Counted from the stretch's first letter, positions 50,188 through 61,089 are shown. The stretch is DNA of 64,000 nt from an uncultured Nitrososphaerota archaeon (GCA_963701075.1 OY969559.1:1536001-1600000); one strand, 5' to 3'. The notes: generated from the letters alone by a model not told the origin. Program-made: numbers and translations.

Positions 50188-52060
50188 GTGTTGGAAAAAT
50201 ATGATGTAGACTATAATTGGTGGAGGTTCTGCAGGCCTTGCAGCATTGAAGCATCTATCCACGTTAGGAAAGCAGGCAATTCTCTTCGAGTCAGGAAATA
50301 AGATTGGTGCTAAAAATATTTCAGGAGGCATCCTCTATTCTAAAAAACCAAAAAAAGGAAAAACATACAATGTAGAAGACATATATGAAAACTTTCTACA
50401 AGATGCGCCTTTTGAGAGAAAGATAACAAAATACATTTTACATGCGACCTCAAAAGACAAAGTCTTTTCCATAGACCTGACTGCCGCACACGAGTATGAA
50501 GCAAATTTTGGTTGTTCAGTACTTATGAACAAACTAAATCAATGGTTTTCACAGCAGGCAGAAGAAGCAGCTCAAAAACATGGTGGGGGAATAGTGACAG
50601 GAGTTCATGTTAGTTCCATAAGATGGGAAGATGGACGTACCATCATACAGACAGACGAACTTGAAGAGATTGAGGTCAAGGCAATAATTGCTGCCGATGG
50701 AGTAAACTCTGAAGTGGCAGACATGACTGGTGCACGACAGAAATTTTCTCCAAGTGAGCTCTATCAAGGAGTCAAGGTTGTTGCAAAATTACCTGAAGAA
50801 ATTATTAACCAGCGATTTTCAATCGGACAAGATGAAGGCGCCGCACACCTTTTTGCTGGAGACATCACACTAAATCACATAGGAGGAGGCTTTCTGTACA
50901 CTAATCGTGACACCCTGTCACTGGGAGCAGTATACCATCTTGACTCGCTTTTAGAAACACCAAATGAGCCTTACGAACTTGTAAACACGTTGCTGAAAAA
51001 TCCCATGATAAGTGAATTTGTCAAAGATGAAGTTCCAGTCAGAGGTGAGATCGATAGAGATGCCGCAAAAGAAGAACAGATGCGTATTCGTTTTGCAGTA
51101 ACAAAAATGATAAAGACGTGGTCAGAGTTAAGAGACATCTATTATTCCAAAAAGGAAAAAGAGAGACTAATCAAAGAAGGAAAGTATGGATCCTCAGAAG
51201 AGATAGGAACACAGTTATCGTCTCTTAGAGACCAGATGTCAACAAAATACGGTATCAAGTTTGAAACAGATTATGTTGAAGTAGAATACAGTGCAAAGTT
51301 GGTACCAGACGGAAAACGATGCAGAATGGAAAAGCCTTACTTCAAAAACATATTATTCGTAGGAGATGCAGCTGGAAGAGGCATATTTGTAGGCCCCAGA
51401 ATAGAGGGACTCAATGTTGGAATTGATGATGCAGTAAGAGCGGCAAATGCAGTTGCAAGAGCGTTAGATAAAGGAGACTTTACAGAAAAATATCTTGGAG
51501 AATACTATTCACAGTCGGTAGAAGAGAGCCCCTATACTCATGACTTGAAAGCAATAGACAAAGACTATCTGAAGATATTTCTTGATGCAGCAAAAGAAGT
51601 TCCAAAAGATATCATTAGTTCAAAATATGGCCTGGTCATAAAGATGATGTCAAGTGATACTCTGAGGAGCTTTGCAGTAGGGTTTGCAAATATTCTAGGA
51701 TATGAAAAGCTATTGCCAATCATTGAAACTGTTGACACCTATGTCAAGGTACCAACCGAACTTGCAGAAAGACTGGGCAAGAGCATATCTGCGTCTTATA
51801 CTCCAACCCTCCCATCCATTGCGCAGAGGGTAGCGAAATTAAAATTCAATGATGACAGTATTTCACACATCAAGGTACTAAAGCCCACCAGCGAATTCAT
51901 GAAAAAAATGGTAACTTTGTGTCCTACAAGATGTTATCTCATGGAAAAAGAGGGAGTCATGATACAACACGAAGGATGTGTCGAATGCGGCACTTGTTCA
52001 GAGGAGACAGACTGGAAACACCCTCGTGGAGAGAAGGGAATCAATTATCAATACGGATAG
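50188..52060 (+). CDS. fixC: FixC-type FAD oxidoreductase fused to a FixX-like ferredoxin; frameshift at 50208
   Basis: YDVAIIGGGSAG after correction, GAKNISGG, ADGVNS, VGDAAG; C-terminal CPTRC...CVECGTC..W.HPRG. Confidence 0.88.
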
Positions 52061-52082
52061 ATGATCACAATTGTTTCAAATT

Positions 52083-52770
52083 TTATGCTGTCACTCTTGT
52101 CTTTTCCTTTTCAATTTTTCTTAGATCTTCGTACGCTTCCCTAATTTCGGAATAAAAGTCATCCATCCTTGGTTCAAGAATGGTATAAGCAATGTAAAAG
52201 TCCTCAGCTTCTTTTACGTATCGCGCTACTTTCTCATGTCCAGAAATCTTTGAAATGAATCTCATGTTGTTTAATCTATCTGCCAGTTTGATTACTTTAA
52301 CATCATAATCGGATTTCGTCAAAACATTGCAGTATTCACGAAACCTCTCCAATTCACGTTCTTTGTCAGTCAGTCCAGGATAGATTTCCAGTGGCTTTGT
52401 TTTCAGAGTTGAAGCCGTCTTGTAAACATACTCACCAAACCGGTGACCAAAATACGCATCAAAACCATATGATTTTGATGCATGCAGATCCAAGATTCGG
52501 TCATTATCTTCCATCACATCATGCAGTATTGCAGAAACTATCTGAATTGTAGTCATCGGTTTGTTGGCCTGCTTGTAGTGCCTAATTACGTTTATTGTTA
52601 CTGGAAATATATGAGTCTCAAGAAATGATGACGTACCATCTTCCCTTCTAACTCCAGAATGGACCTCCTCTGCCAAATGTATGGCACTTTCAATATAGTC
52701 TATCAATGTGGATTTTTGCTTCCTTTTCTATGAAGAATAGAAAATCTTTCTTCTTAACAGACTCTATCAT
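52083..52770 (-). CDS. HD_4-family HD-domain protein; frameshift at 52697
   Basis: H.G..R, AILHDVMED, IKLADRLNN; upstream ATG 52770 joins after correction. Confidence 0.82.
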
Positions 52771-52924
52771 AAGATAATGTTTCACTTGATCATTGAAAAA
52801 TATGATCTTTTACGCCTAGAAGATTATGACCAGTCTCGGCATTGCCACCTATTTTAGGCATCATTGAAAAGAATCGATCAAAAGAGATTGCATTATTAAT
52901 CGGATTTACAGCATTAGTTTAGGT

Positions 52925-54229
52925 TTGAAATTTCCCTCGTTGAATAGATTCAAGTCACCTGAGAAATCTTTCCCTACATTAGAGGAACTTGATAAAAATA
53001 TAACAAAATTCAGGGCAAAGATTGATGAAAACATCAAAGAATCCAAAGGAGATGATTACACATTAAAATCCACTACAAAAGATAGCTTTCTCATACTGCC
53101 GGCTCCTTTTGATTCAATTGCAAGTATGGTTTATGATGATTCATCAGGATCTGCAAGAGAAAGAATAGAATACGTGCTTTCATTTTTTAAGAATCTGCAG
53201 AGTATCGACGCAACACAATATAACGGAATATTAGCGAGAATAGAGGGAACAATCTCAATCAAGGAACCTCAGTATTGGAATTCTCAGGATAACATGAAAA
53301 AAATTCAAGATATCATACCCAGCAGTATTAAGAAAAACAGTATTACAGCAATACAAACAGAAAGTAGCCAAATGCAAGAACGACAAGAATCTGTACAGAC
53401 CCAATCAATTACTACAACTCCATCCCCTCCGCAAGATGAAAATGCCAAATTTGAAGAGAACAAAGCGTACATTGCAAAGATCTTGACTGGGACAGGTCTG
53501 CCACTGGTACTCAGGTCAGAACAAAACACTACACTGCAAGATGAAGTAAAACAAGAAATATCATCTCTTCTGGAAGAGAACAATAAACTGAAAGAAAATC
53601 TCCTACAGACAAACAATCTAGCAATTGAGGAAGATGAATATCTTCTCAGAATAGCTAACTTTTATTATTTAATAGGCAACTCCCAGAAAGCAATTGAAAC
53701 GTACGAGTATATTCTCAAAAGAAATCCTACTAAAATGGCAATCCTAAACAACAAAGGAGTGGTTTTGGATTCCATTGGAGAATACAATAGTGCGCTAGAA
53801 TGTTTTAACAAGGCATTGGAACGCGTTCCTGAGAATGTCCATGTTTTATCCAACAAAGGAATTTCGCTATACAAGAGCAAAATGTATCAACAGGCACTTG
53901 AGTGTTTTGATGCTGCCCTAAAAATTGATACCAATTACATCAATGCCCTTACATTCAAAGGTCATTCATTATACAGACTTGGAAAAAATAGTGAAGCACT
54001 TGACTTGTATAATAGAATCATAAGGCTAGATCACGGTAACGCTGAAGCATTATACAATAAAGCATGCCTGTGTTCCATAAAGGGAGATGAATATGGCGCA
54101 ATCACATCTCTTGAAAGAGCAATTCGCCTTGACTCTTCATGGAAAGAGGCAGCTTCACAGGATAAGGACCTTGGACGTTTAAAGAACAATTCACGCTTTA
54201 AAGGGATTGTAAACTATGTATCGAATTAG
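52925..54229 (+). CDS. TPR repeat protein
   Basis: C-terminal TPRs, YNKAC...L.RAI.LD. Confidence 0.88.
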   Translation: MKFPSLNRFKSPEKSFPTLEELDKNITKFRAKIDENIKESKGDDYTLKSTTKDSFLILPAPFDSIASMVYDDSSGSARERIEYVLSFFKNLQSIDATQYNGILARIEGTISIKEPQYWNSQDNMKKIQDIIPSSIKKNSITAIQTESSQMQERQESVQTQSITTTPSPPQDENAKFEENKAYIAKILTGTGLPLVLRSEQNTTLQDEVKQEISSLLEENNKLKENLLQTNNLAIEEDEYLLRIANFYYLIGNSQKAIETYEYILKRNPTKMAILNNKGVVLDSIGEYNSALECFNKALERVPENVHVLSNKGISLYKSKMYQQALECFDAALKIDTNYINALTFKGHSLYRLGKNSEALDLYNRIIRLDHGNAEALYNKACLCSIKGDEYGAITSLERAIRLDSSWKEAASQDKDLGRLKNNSRFKGIVNYVSN

Positions 54230-54318
54230 AATTTTGTAAAAGATGTTTCAAGTGTAGAAGACTTGCATTTGCAAACATTTTGTTATTTTTTCTTGGATCA
54301 GAAAAGTCACTGATATGC

Positions 54319-54423
54319 CTTTGTTTTTTTATAGAAGAATACAGGTGCGCGATTCTATAAAAGCCAGAGATGCAGAAGTAGATGAAACTTTGTTTTTTTT
54401 ATAGAAGAATACAAGTGCGCGAT
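54319..54423. repeat. 35/36-nt direct repeat x2
   Basis: CTTTG(T7/8)ATAGAAGAATACARGTGCGCGAT at 54319 and 54388. Confidence 0.9.
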
Positions 54424-54528
54424 GGTTTCAGGAGAAGGATGTAATTTCTCAAGCATTTCACGTTTGACTCCATAATGCTCCAGAGCGTTCAACATTTCGT
54501 CTACAGATACTTTATCTGAGTTTGACAT
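54355..54528 (-). CDS. small hypothetical protein (probably longer if A8 is really A7)
   Basis: MSNSDKVSVDEMLNALEHYGVKREMLEKLHPSPETIAHLYSSIKK... Confidence 0.5.
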   Translation of the reverse strand: MSNSDKVSVDEMLNALEHYGVKREMLEKLHPSPETIAHLYSSIKKTKFHLLLHLWLL

Positions 54529-54651
54529 TGATGGAGGATCTTCTAAGACTAATAATATGACTGGGTGTGAGGGTTTTCATAGTACCTACTCAGCTTGTTT
54601 GATCAACTGCCAAAAATTGATGACTTGTATCAGATAAGACAGTGTAAGGTC

Positions 54652-55014
54652 TTAGAGATTACCTATTCCTTTATAGATTGATTTGAAATCTTCTGCGATT
54701 CTATAGGCTATGGTCTGTAGTTTTGTAACCTCAGTCATGTTTGGTCTTCCACGTGCTATCTGTCTCATCATGGTCATACATTTGTGTACTTTGTTGTGGT
54801 CAGATGAGGTGTGTTCATCAGACCAAGCCTTAAAGCAATCATCAAAGTCTAGACAGAAATTCAATATGACTTTTTCCCAGTCTTTTTTTGTTGCAGGATA
54901 GCCTATTGCGTCTGCAAGTTCCCGAAACTCATTACTTTTATCAGCATAAAGCATCTTAAGTGCCCTGTCCGCGTTCTTACGATCATAACCATCAAGTGCG
55001 CTTGAGCCTTGCAC
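54652..55014 (-). CDS. hypothetical protein
   Basis: 120-aa helical ORF. Confidence 0.72.
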   Translation of the reverse strand: MQGSSALDGYDRKNADRALKMLYADKSNEFRELADAIGYPATKKDWEKVILNFCLDFDDCFKAWSDEHTSSDHNKVHKCMTMMRQIARGRPNMTEVTKLQTIAYRIAEDFKSIYKGIGNL

Positions 55015-55133
55015 GTATCAGGTCCACCAGTTCTCCTATTTTAACGCATTAGATTCTACACACATATTATCATCCAACATGATAACTGTGAGCAAATCTG
55101 GCAATTATCGATACATTTGATTCATGGTTTGGC

Positions 55134-55661
55134 GTGTCGTCAATTAACAAAATGAGATTAGCGTGGGTCGTGGCATTGGTATTGACTTTGGCGGTGGCAG
55201 TCCTGCCCGCGTCTGCAGAAGAATTTAATGCTTCAGTAAACATCACAGGCGGCAGCGAAGCAGGTCAAAGTTGCGTTTCAGCCAAGAGTTGCTATGATCC
55301 TGATGCAATAACAGTGCAACCCAATACAGTAATTACGTGGATAAATATCGATAATACTGCACATACCGTAACAAGCGGATCACCATCCGAGAATAATACT
55401 GGAACAGTATTTGATAGTGACATGATAGGTCCTGGAGGAACATATTCTTTCATATTCATAAGCTCTGGCACATACGATTATTTTTGTTCAATCCACCCTT
55501 GGATGACAGGAGAAGTAATTGTGGCGTCTCCTCTTGCAACTAATTCATTAGGCAACAGTGCAACTACGCCAGAATTCGGCCCTTTAGTCATTCTTGTTTT
55601 TGTAATCTCGATCTTTGTGACAATTTTTCTGACCAAAAACAGATTGATTTTTAGATTTTGA
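55134..55661 (+). CDS. blue (type 1) copper cupredoxin, PEFG-CTERM anchored
   Basis: HTVTSG...YFCSIHPWMTG; PEFG+TM. Confidence 0.92.
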   Translation: MSSINKMRLAWVVALVLTLAVAVLPASAEEFNASVNITGGSEAGQSCVSAKSCYDPDAITVQPNTVITWINIDNTAHTVTSGSPSENNTGTVFDSDMIGPGGTYSFIFISSGTYDYFCSIHPWMTGEVIVASPLATNSLGNSATTPEFGPLVILVFVISIFVTIFLTKNRLIFRF

Positions 55662-55780
55662 AAAATTCATACCCAGATACCCCAGGCCAGTCCTGAAAGT
55701 CAAGTCATAATCATTACTTGAACCAGTTGTCAATATTTCAACGTGTATCTTTATCCGTTATGAACCCATGAAACCAGTTA

Positions 55781-56392
55781 TTGGATAAATCAATCAAGAG
55801 TTCTTCAGATGATGCCAGGTTGCTCCATAAGGAGGGACTCGGATTTCAGCAGCTAGGAAGACAGGAAGAGGCAATCTCTTGTTTTGATAAAGCATTAGGA
55901 CTGGAACCACATAATGCTGAATTTTTGTATGACAAGGCAATATCGCTTCAGATGATACCTAGGTTTGATGACGCAATAAAATATTATGACCTGGTATTGA
56001 AAATCGAATCAGATAATTTTGCTGCTCTTATCAACAAAGGACTTTGCTTATCAACTCCCAGTGTAAACCGACAAGAGGAAGCATTGCTTTGTTTTGAGGA
56101 AGCATTAAGAGTAGATCCAAATGATCTTGGGGCACTATCCTTGAAGGGCTATTCCCTCGATAGCTTGGGCAGATACAGAGAGGCCATAGGATGTTTTGAT
56201 AAAATCTTAGAACAACAACCAAACGAACTTAACGTATCAGTAAACAAAGGTCTAGCACTGCTTCATTTAGGCAAGTACGACGAGGCGATTGCATATTTTG
56301 ACAAGGTGCTCGAATATGAACCCGATAATCTTTTTGCATCAGAGTGGAAAAAAGACGCAGTTAAGATGAGAGAGAAGGATCTTTTTTCTTAG
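55781..56392 (+). CDS. TPR repeat protein
   Basis: Five TPRs. Confidence 0.9.
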   Translation: MDKSIKSSSDDARLLHKEGLGFQQLGRQEEAISCFDKALGLEPHNAEFLYDKAISLQMIPRFDDAIKYYDLVLKIESDNFAALINKGLCLSTPSVNRQEEALLCFEEALRVDPNDLGALSLKGYSLDSLGRYREAIGCFDKILEQQPNELNVSVNKGLALLHLGKYDEAIAYFDKVLEYEPDNLFASEWKKDAVKMREKDLFS

Positions 56393-56425
56393 AGTATGAT
56401 GAAAGATTGATAAATAATTACTAAA

Positions 56426-57205
56426 CTAATTTGGAGCAGTATAGCTCTGCCATGTTTTTGTTACAAAGCCATTTAGAGTGCCATTTCCAAGATAATATGC
56501 TTCATTGTAAACATTTTCTGGGAAGAGTCTGTATGTGTCGTTATACTGTATGACTGTAACCATTGGTACAATTTGTTGATCTGTTTGAAAGTCTGCAGGT
56601 GCCAAATTGTACAGATCGCATGTTTTTAAGAATCTCACGTACTTGGTAGAAAAGTCCACAAAGCAAGTGGTTTCAAGATTCCATTGAGTAACTTTACCAA
56701 GATATACGATGTAGTTTCCGGTAGATACTGGTAATCCGGTTATTGGATTTGAAAATTCAGCAGTTGCATTTGCCTGGGTTGCATTAGTAGGATAAGGATT
56801 TACAGTATAGGTTGAGCTTGCAAGTGCGTTTATGTATCCAGTTTTTGAAACAGTGACATCTATTTCATAAGTACCAGGGGTTGAAGGTATGGCAGACTGA
56901 TATCTAAAGTCGCCCTGATTGTCTGTAGTTGCCGTTACTGCTTCAGATCCAAATAAGATGAGCACGGTTGCACCTGTGACTGGTTTGTAGGCTTGATCCG
57001 TAACATTTCCAATTATCACTGGATAGTCTCCTTGTATGATGGGGTTTGTTTGAGGGCTTACATTAACAAGCATGTTGTAAGTAAGTGTAGAATGTGATAC
57101 CTGGATGCTTGAAAAAGCGATTATGAAGACTACAAGAACTACTGAGATAGGTACTATGTGGATTCCTTTCAACTCTTGATACTTTTTGCTTTTATTGTTA
57201 ATCAC
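56426..57205 (-). CDS. secreted protein with carboxypeptidase-regulatory-like Ig domain
   Basis: GNVTD...PVTGATV...TTDNQG.F...PGTY.I.V...GY. Confidence 0.75.
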   Translation of the reverse strand: MINNKSKKYQELKGIHIVPISVVLVVFIIAFSSIQVSHSTLTYNMLVNVSPQTNPIIQGDYPVIIGNVTDQAYKPVTGATVLILFGSEAVTATTDNQGDFRYQSAIPSTPGTYEIDVTVSKTGYINALASSTYTVNPYPTNATQANATAEFSNPITGLPVSTGNYIVYLGKVTQWNLETTCFVDFSTKYVRFLKTCDLYNLAPADFQTDQQIVPMVTVIQYNDTYRLFPENVYNEAYYLGNGTLNGFVTKTWQSYTAPN

Positions 57206-57348
57206 TGGAATCTAACTTTTTTCTCCATTGGCTCAGAAATGTTTAAGGAAGTATTTCATCGCATATACCAACGGGTGTACTGAGGAACCGTTTACATCCG
57301 TTTTTATTAGGAGAATATATGCCGTGGATCAAGATAGGAGGTGCAACG

Positions 57349-57651
57349 ATGAGTTATAACCAAGGCGGTTTTGGAGGAAGGTCTAACCGTGGATACGGCG
57401 GCCGAGGGTTCGGAGGCGGTAGTAGACGATTTGACGACAATAAACCAAAACCAGTAGAGACCGGAAAGGAATACGATGTTTCCGTGACGGAAATTAGCAG
57501 AAAAGGCGACGGTATCGCAAGAGTAGAAGGATTTGTGATATTTGTCAAAAACGGCAAGGTTGGCCAGAACACTAAGGTAAAGATTACCGAGGTAGGCCAA
57601 AGATTTGCTACTGCAGAGATAGTAGAAGGTTCTCAGCCAGCAGCTGAATAA
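57349..57651 (+). CDS. single TRAM-domain RNA-binding protein with RGG tail
   Basis: KPVE.GKEYDV...GDGIARVEGFVIFV; SD GGAGGTG. Confidence 0.93.
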   Translation: MSYNQGGFGGRSNRGYGGRGFGGGSRRFDDNKPKPVETGKEYDVSVTEISRKGDGIARVEGFVIFVKNGKVGQNTKVKITEVGQRFATAEIVEGSQPAAE

Positions 57652-57896
57652 TCAAGATACCTAGTTCGAGGAACTAGATTTCCAAAATTTTCTCAATTTT
57701 TAATTTCATTTTCTAGATAAACATAAAGCTGGACATAGTTTTCCATTGGACTCAGTTTTGTCTTTTAAGTATGATTCCATAAATCACGGGTTGTAAGAGA
57801 AAAGGCAGGCACGGTATTGTTACTATATCACAGTACTTTCATGTCAAGGCAGTTCAAGAAAGTAATGAATCAAACAAAATGAATTTAGGAAAATAC

Positions 57897-58290
57897 TCAC
57901 GGAAATCCTTCTGGGCTGTGAAGCATATCATGTTTCAATCGTAGAGCTTTGTATATTATTGGGGCATGATCAGCCTCTACATCTGTTGTAATGTAGAGTA
58001 TATGATCAAAATCCAATGGCATTGTAATTCGCTTTATCTTTTCATATTCTACTAGAGCGTATTTTCCTCTACCAATCTTAGCTGATACTTCGTTACGTGA
58101 TTTCCAAGCATTTATGGCAGAGCTGAAGCGATTTTTGACTTTCTTCAGGAGAGAGAAGATTTTCCACTCCCTTTCTATGACTGCTGAATAGTACTTTTCC
58201 TCCCATATCAAATATTGTAGCAAAACGAATCTTTGGGTCTATCGCCATTACCTTTTCAAATAGAGAGGTGTAATCCGTAATGTATAACAT
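57897..58290 (-). CDS. roadblock/DUF6659-like protein; frameshift near 58120
   Basis: DPKIRFATI...SLQ then AINAW..R...IG...Y..VEYEK. Confidence 0.75.
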
Positions 58291-58461
58291 ACTTCGAGAG
58301 TGATAAAGTTTACTGGAGAATTTCAGAGAGTAGAGAAGAGATAATGAAAAAAATTGAAAGCAATTAACGTATGATATGAATTTTGGATACTAAAACACGT
58401 GTGATGATTCTCAGCACTATTTTTCTGAATAGTTAAATATCAAACACTTAAAGTTGTTGTA

Positions 58462-58836
58462 TTGAACAAAGTTGAAGCACAAGAGATTGCAGAGCGAATA
58501 ACCGAGATGAGCCATTATGTTAGATTTGCAGGCATTATAAATAACAACGGCTGGTTAATCGCTCATGTAAGAAGAGCAGACTTGAAGCCTCTACTTAACA
58601 CAAAAAATACAAAGAACAAGTTTTCTCACCTTGCAACCCAAAGGGGCATGGCAACACAGTTTAACAAACAGCTTGGAAATGTGAAATTCCTCTGGGAAGA
58701 ACGGGAAAAAGTTCAGACAATCGCGTTTACACTAGGCAAGAACACAGTGTGGATTTCAATTGATAAAAATGTAGTTCGCTCAGAAGTTCTCAGGATAATA
58801 GACAACTGCCTTCCCATTGTGAAGCATTACCAATAA
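58462..58836 (+). CDS. roadblock/DUF6659-like protein
   Basis: VRFAGIINNNG...F...LG.V....EREKV. Confidence 0.75.
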   Translation: MNKVEAQEIAERITEMSHYVRFAGIINNNGWLIAHVRRADLKPLLNTKNTKNKFSHLATQRGMATQFNKQLGNVKFLWEEREKVQTIAFTLGKNTVWISIDKNVVRSEVLRIIDNCLPIVKHYQ

Positions 58837-58840
58837 ATTC

Positions 58841-59218
58841 CTAACAGAGTATCCCAAGTATCTTCATTGAAATTTTACCGTGATCTAAATCAGTATTTGC
58901 AGATACATACAATATATCATGGTCATTGAGTGGGAAACTCATGATGATTACTTTGTCTCTAAGTGACATTGCAAACCTGACCTTTCCTAATTGACTGTCA
59001 AACTCTTTTCTCATCCGCGCTCTCAGAGCAACCTCTGTAAAGAGCATTTCATCATCCTTCGGATCCTCAAGAGATTTTAATCCTTCTCGTAAACCTCCTG
59101 AGAGGAGTTTTCCTCTCTCATTTATGACACCTACAAATCGTATCGCAGAATCAAGATTCAGTACCTTTTCACATATAGAATCATAGTCTAGAGATCTGTT
59201 GTTTGACAACTTGACCAA
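58841..59218 (-). CDS. roadblock/DUF6659-like protein
   Basis: C..VL.LD..IRFVGVIN..G...EFD..LG.V. Confidence 0.8.
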   Translation of the reverse strand: MVKLSNNRSLDYDSICEKVLNLDSAIRFVGVINERGKLLSGGLREGLKSLEDPKDDEMLFTEVALRARMRKEFDSQLGKVRFAMSLRDKVIIMSFPLNDHDILYVSANTDLDHGKISMKILGILC

Positions 59219-59296
59219 CTATACACAGACATATGAAATAGATAATACCTTCGGTAATCAATTAAAAGTAAAAAATTGATTTAAGCGTATTTCAGC

Positions 59297-59437
59297 CTAA
59301 AATCTTCTTTGTGTACGATGTTTGGGTAAACATTCACGACAATACACTGGTTTGCCTTCCATTGGTTTGAAAGGAACCTGTGTCTCTTTTTTGCAATCCG
59401 AGCATACTGCTGGATGCATTTCCCTGTCTGCTGACAT
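59297..59437 (-). CDS. CxxC-x17-CxxC domain micro-protein (46 aa, not in ORF track)
   Basis: MHPAVCSDCKKETQVPFKPMEGKPVYCREC. Confidence 0.88.
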   Translation of the reverse strand: MSADREMHPAVCSDCKKETQVPFKPMEGKPVYCRECLPKHRTQRRF

Positions 59438-59792
59438 GGTTTTCAATAAAGGGCAGTTACATAAGAACTCTAGCATTTTACGTAATTGATATTCAAGTTA
59501 AAGCAGGTCTATTAGTCCTGACAAGATACCATCTGTGCGACATTTAGACTATTACTGCATACTGCGGCATTAGTGTTAAGATAAATAAGGAAAAACGAAA
59601 CTGTGGTCAAGTCAAGACATGATAAGCGCGACATGGTCTGGCTTGACAGGCACTAATAAGACCACAGTTCCTGCCACAAGTACGCATTATGAAAAGATAA
59701 GAAGGTACGAGTATTTTTGATAACAAAGAGATCAAAAACTTTACCTGACTCATGATCAACAAGTCCTGTTAAATAACATATAAAATAAAAAC

Positions 59793-60767
59793 CTAGTAAT
59801 GAAACACTGTATCTCCAATAGTCTTCTTCCAATCGGCACGAACTCCCGGCCTTCCCTTTAGCCGCTCTATGTAATTGAATGCCGAAAGTCCAGCTGTTGC
59901 GCCACCTGCACATGCTGCCACAATCTGTTTGTATGGGATATTGGTTGCATCACCTGCGGCAAATATTGCCGGATGCAAAGTGGCATTTCCCGCAGATATC
60001 TCAATTTCTCCCTTTGTGTTAATTTTTACCAGATGTTTTACAAAATCCAAGTTTATCTTTGAACCCATCTCAATGAATAAACCATCTACCTGTAGGGTGG
60101 TCTCTTTACCAGAGTTGTCTAGAACTACGATTGATTGAAGAGTGTTTTTGCCAGAAATGGCCTTGATTGATGATTGTGGCACTAGTTGTACATTCTCTTT
60201 CTTTTCAATAGATGCAATCATATCTTTGTCTCCGCCTAATGTGCCTCCCTTGTAAATCAGATATACTTTTGATGCCATCCTTGAAAGCAAGATCCCAGAC
60301 TCTAAGAGATATCCACCAACACCCACAGTGGCTGTTATCCTGCCTTGGTAAAATGGAGCATCGCATTTTGTACAGTAATGGACACCTTTGTTTGAAAATG
60401 TAGATTCGTTTTCTACGCCCAAATTATTTGGCACTTTGCCAGGAGCAAGAACTATAGATTTTGCCACATATTCAGACCTGCTCGTCTTTACTCTCATCCC
60501 AGATTCAGATTCTTCGATCATTTCCACAGTATCGTAAACTATTTCACCATTGAACGAAAGGTATTGGCTTTCCAGTGTTTTTGCAAGCAGCGGTCCACTT
60601 GACATTAACGTTCCGGGATAGTTCTCAAGCTTTGGAATTAGATTCATCTGTCCTCCTAGATCTTTTGATATTAGCAGACAGGATGTTTTTTGTCTTGCAA
60701 TAAAAATTCCCGCGCTCAACCCTGCAGGACCCCCTCCAACTACAATTATTTCGTATTCTTGAACCAA
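59793..60767 (-). CDS. trxB: thioredoxin reductase-family FAD oxidoreductase
   Basis: GGGPAG, ENYPG, GVHYCTKCDAP, FAAGD; NADPH motif degenerate. Confidence 0.85.
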   Translation of the reverse strand: MVQEYEIIVVGGGPAGLSAGIFIARQKTSCLLISKDLGGQMNLIPKLENYPGTLMSSGPLLAKTLESQYLSFNGEIVYDTVEMIEESESGMRVKTSRSEYVAKSIVLAPGKVPNNLGVENESTFSNKGVHYCTKCDAPFYQGRITATVGVGGYLLESGILLSRMASKVYLIYKGGTLGGDKDMIASIEKKENVQLVPQSSIKAISGKNTLQSIVVLDNSGKETTLQVDGLFIEMGSKINLDFVKHLVKINTKGEIEISAGNATLHPAIFAAGDATNIPYKQIVAACAGGATAGLSAFNYIERLKGRPGVRADWKKTIGDTVFHY

Positions 60768-60768
60768 C

Positions 60769-60999
60769 TTAGTTAATAGAGATAAGCGAAGTGAGGTTGT
60801 TTATGCCATCTATATTATGCAAGTCTACATCTATTGTTTGCTTAATTTCTTGCATATTATTTGATTCAAGTATGATTAGAATATCATATATGCCATAAGT
60901 GGTTTTTACGGATTTTACGGTGGGAAGTTTTTTTGCTTGTTCTACTATGTTATTTTGTTTTTTATAATCTACATTTAGCAGAACATATGCTTCATTCAC
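60769..60999 (-). CDS. Lrp/AsnC ligand-binding domain protein
   Basis: AYVLLNV...YGIYDIL. Confidence 0.82.
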   Translation of the reverse strand: MNEAYVLLNVDYKKQNNIVEQAKKLPTVKSVKTTYGIYDILIILESNNMQEIKQTIDVDLHNIDGINNLTSLISIN

Positions 61000-61089
61000 A
61001 TATTACGCATTGAGCCAATTGTAATAAAGTTTGGGGCTTTGGGTACTACGTACCATCTCAAGTCAAGCACCATACAATGTTCTTCAGTA

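Noticed and set aside
54319-54423. 35/36-nt direct repeats with a 34-nt spacer, CRISPR-like dimensions
   Set aside because: Only two copies, no cas genes, and both encode IAHLYSSIKK at a 69-nt in-frame period if A8 is A7, so an intragenic duplication is simpler
23757-58290. Widespread pseudogenisation or programmed frameshifting
   Set aside because: Single lesions per gene, clustered at AGCT, with motifs otherwise intact and no slippery sites
3173-60999. Four Lrp/AsnC and five roadblock-like paralogs as a novel system
   Set aside because: Such expansions are common in this lineage and the copies are dispersed
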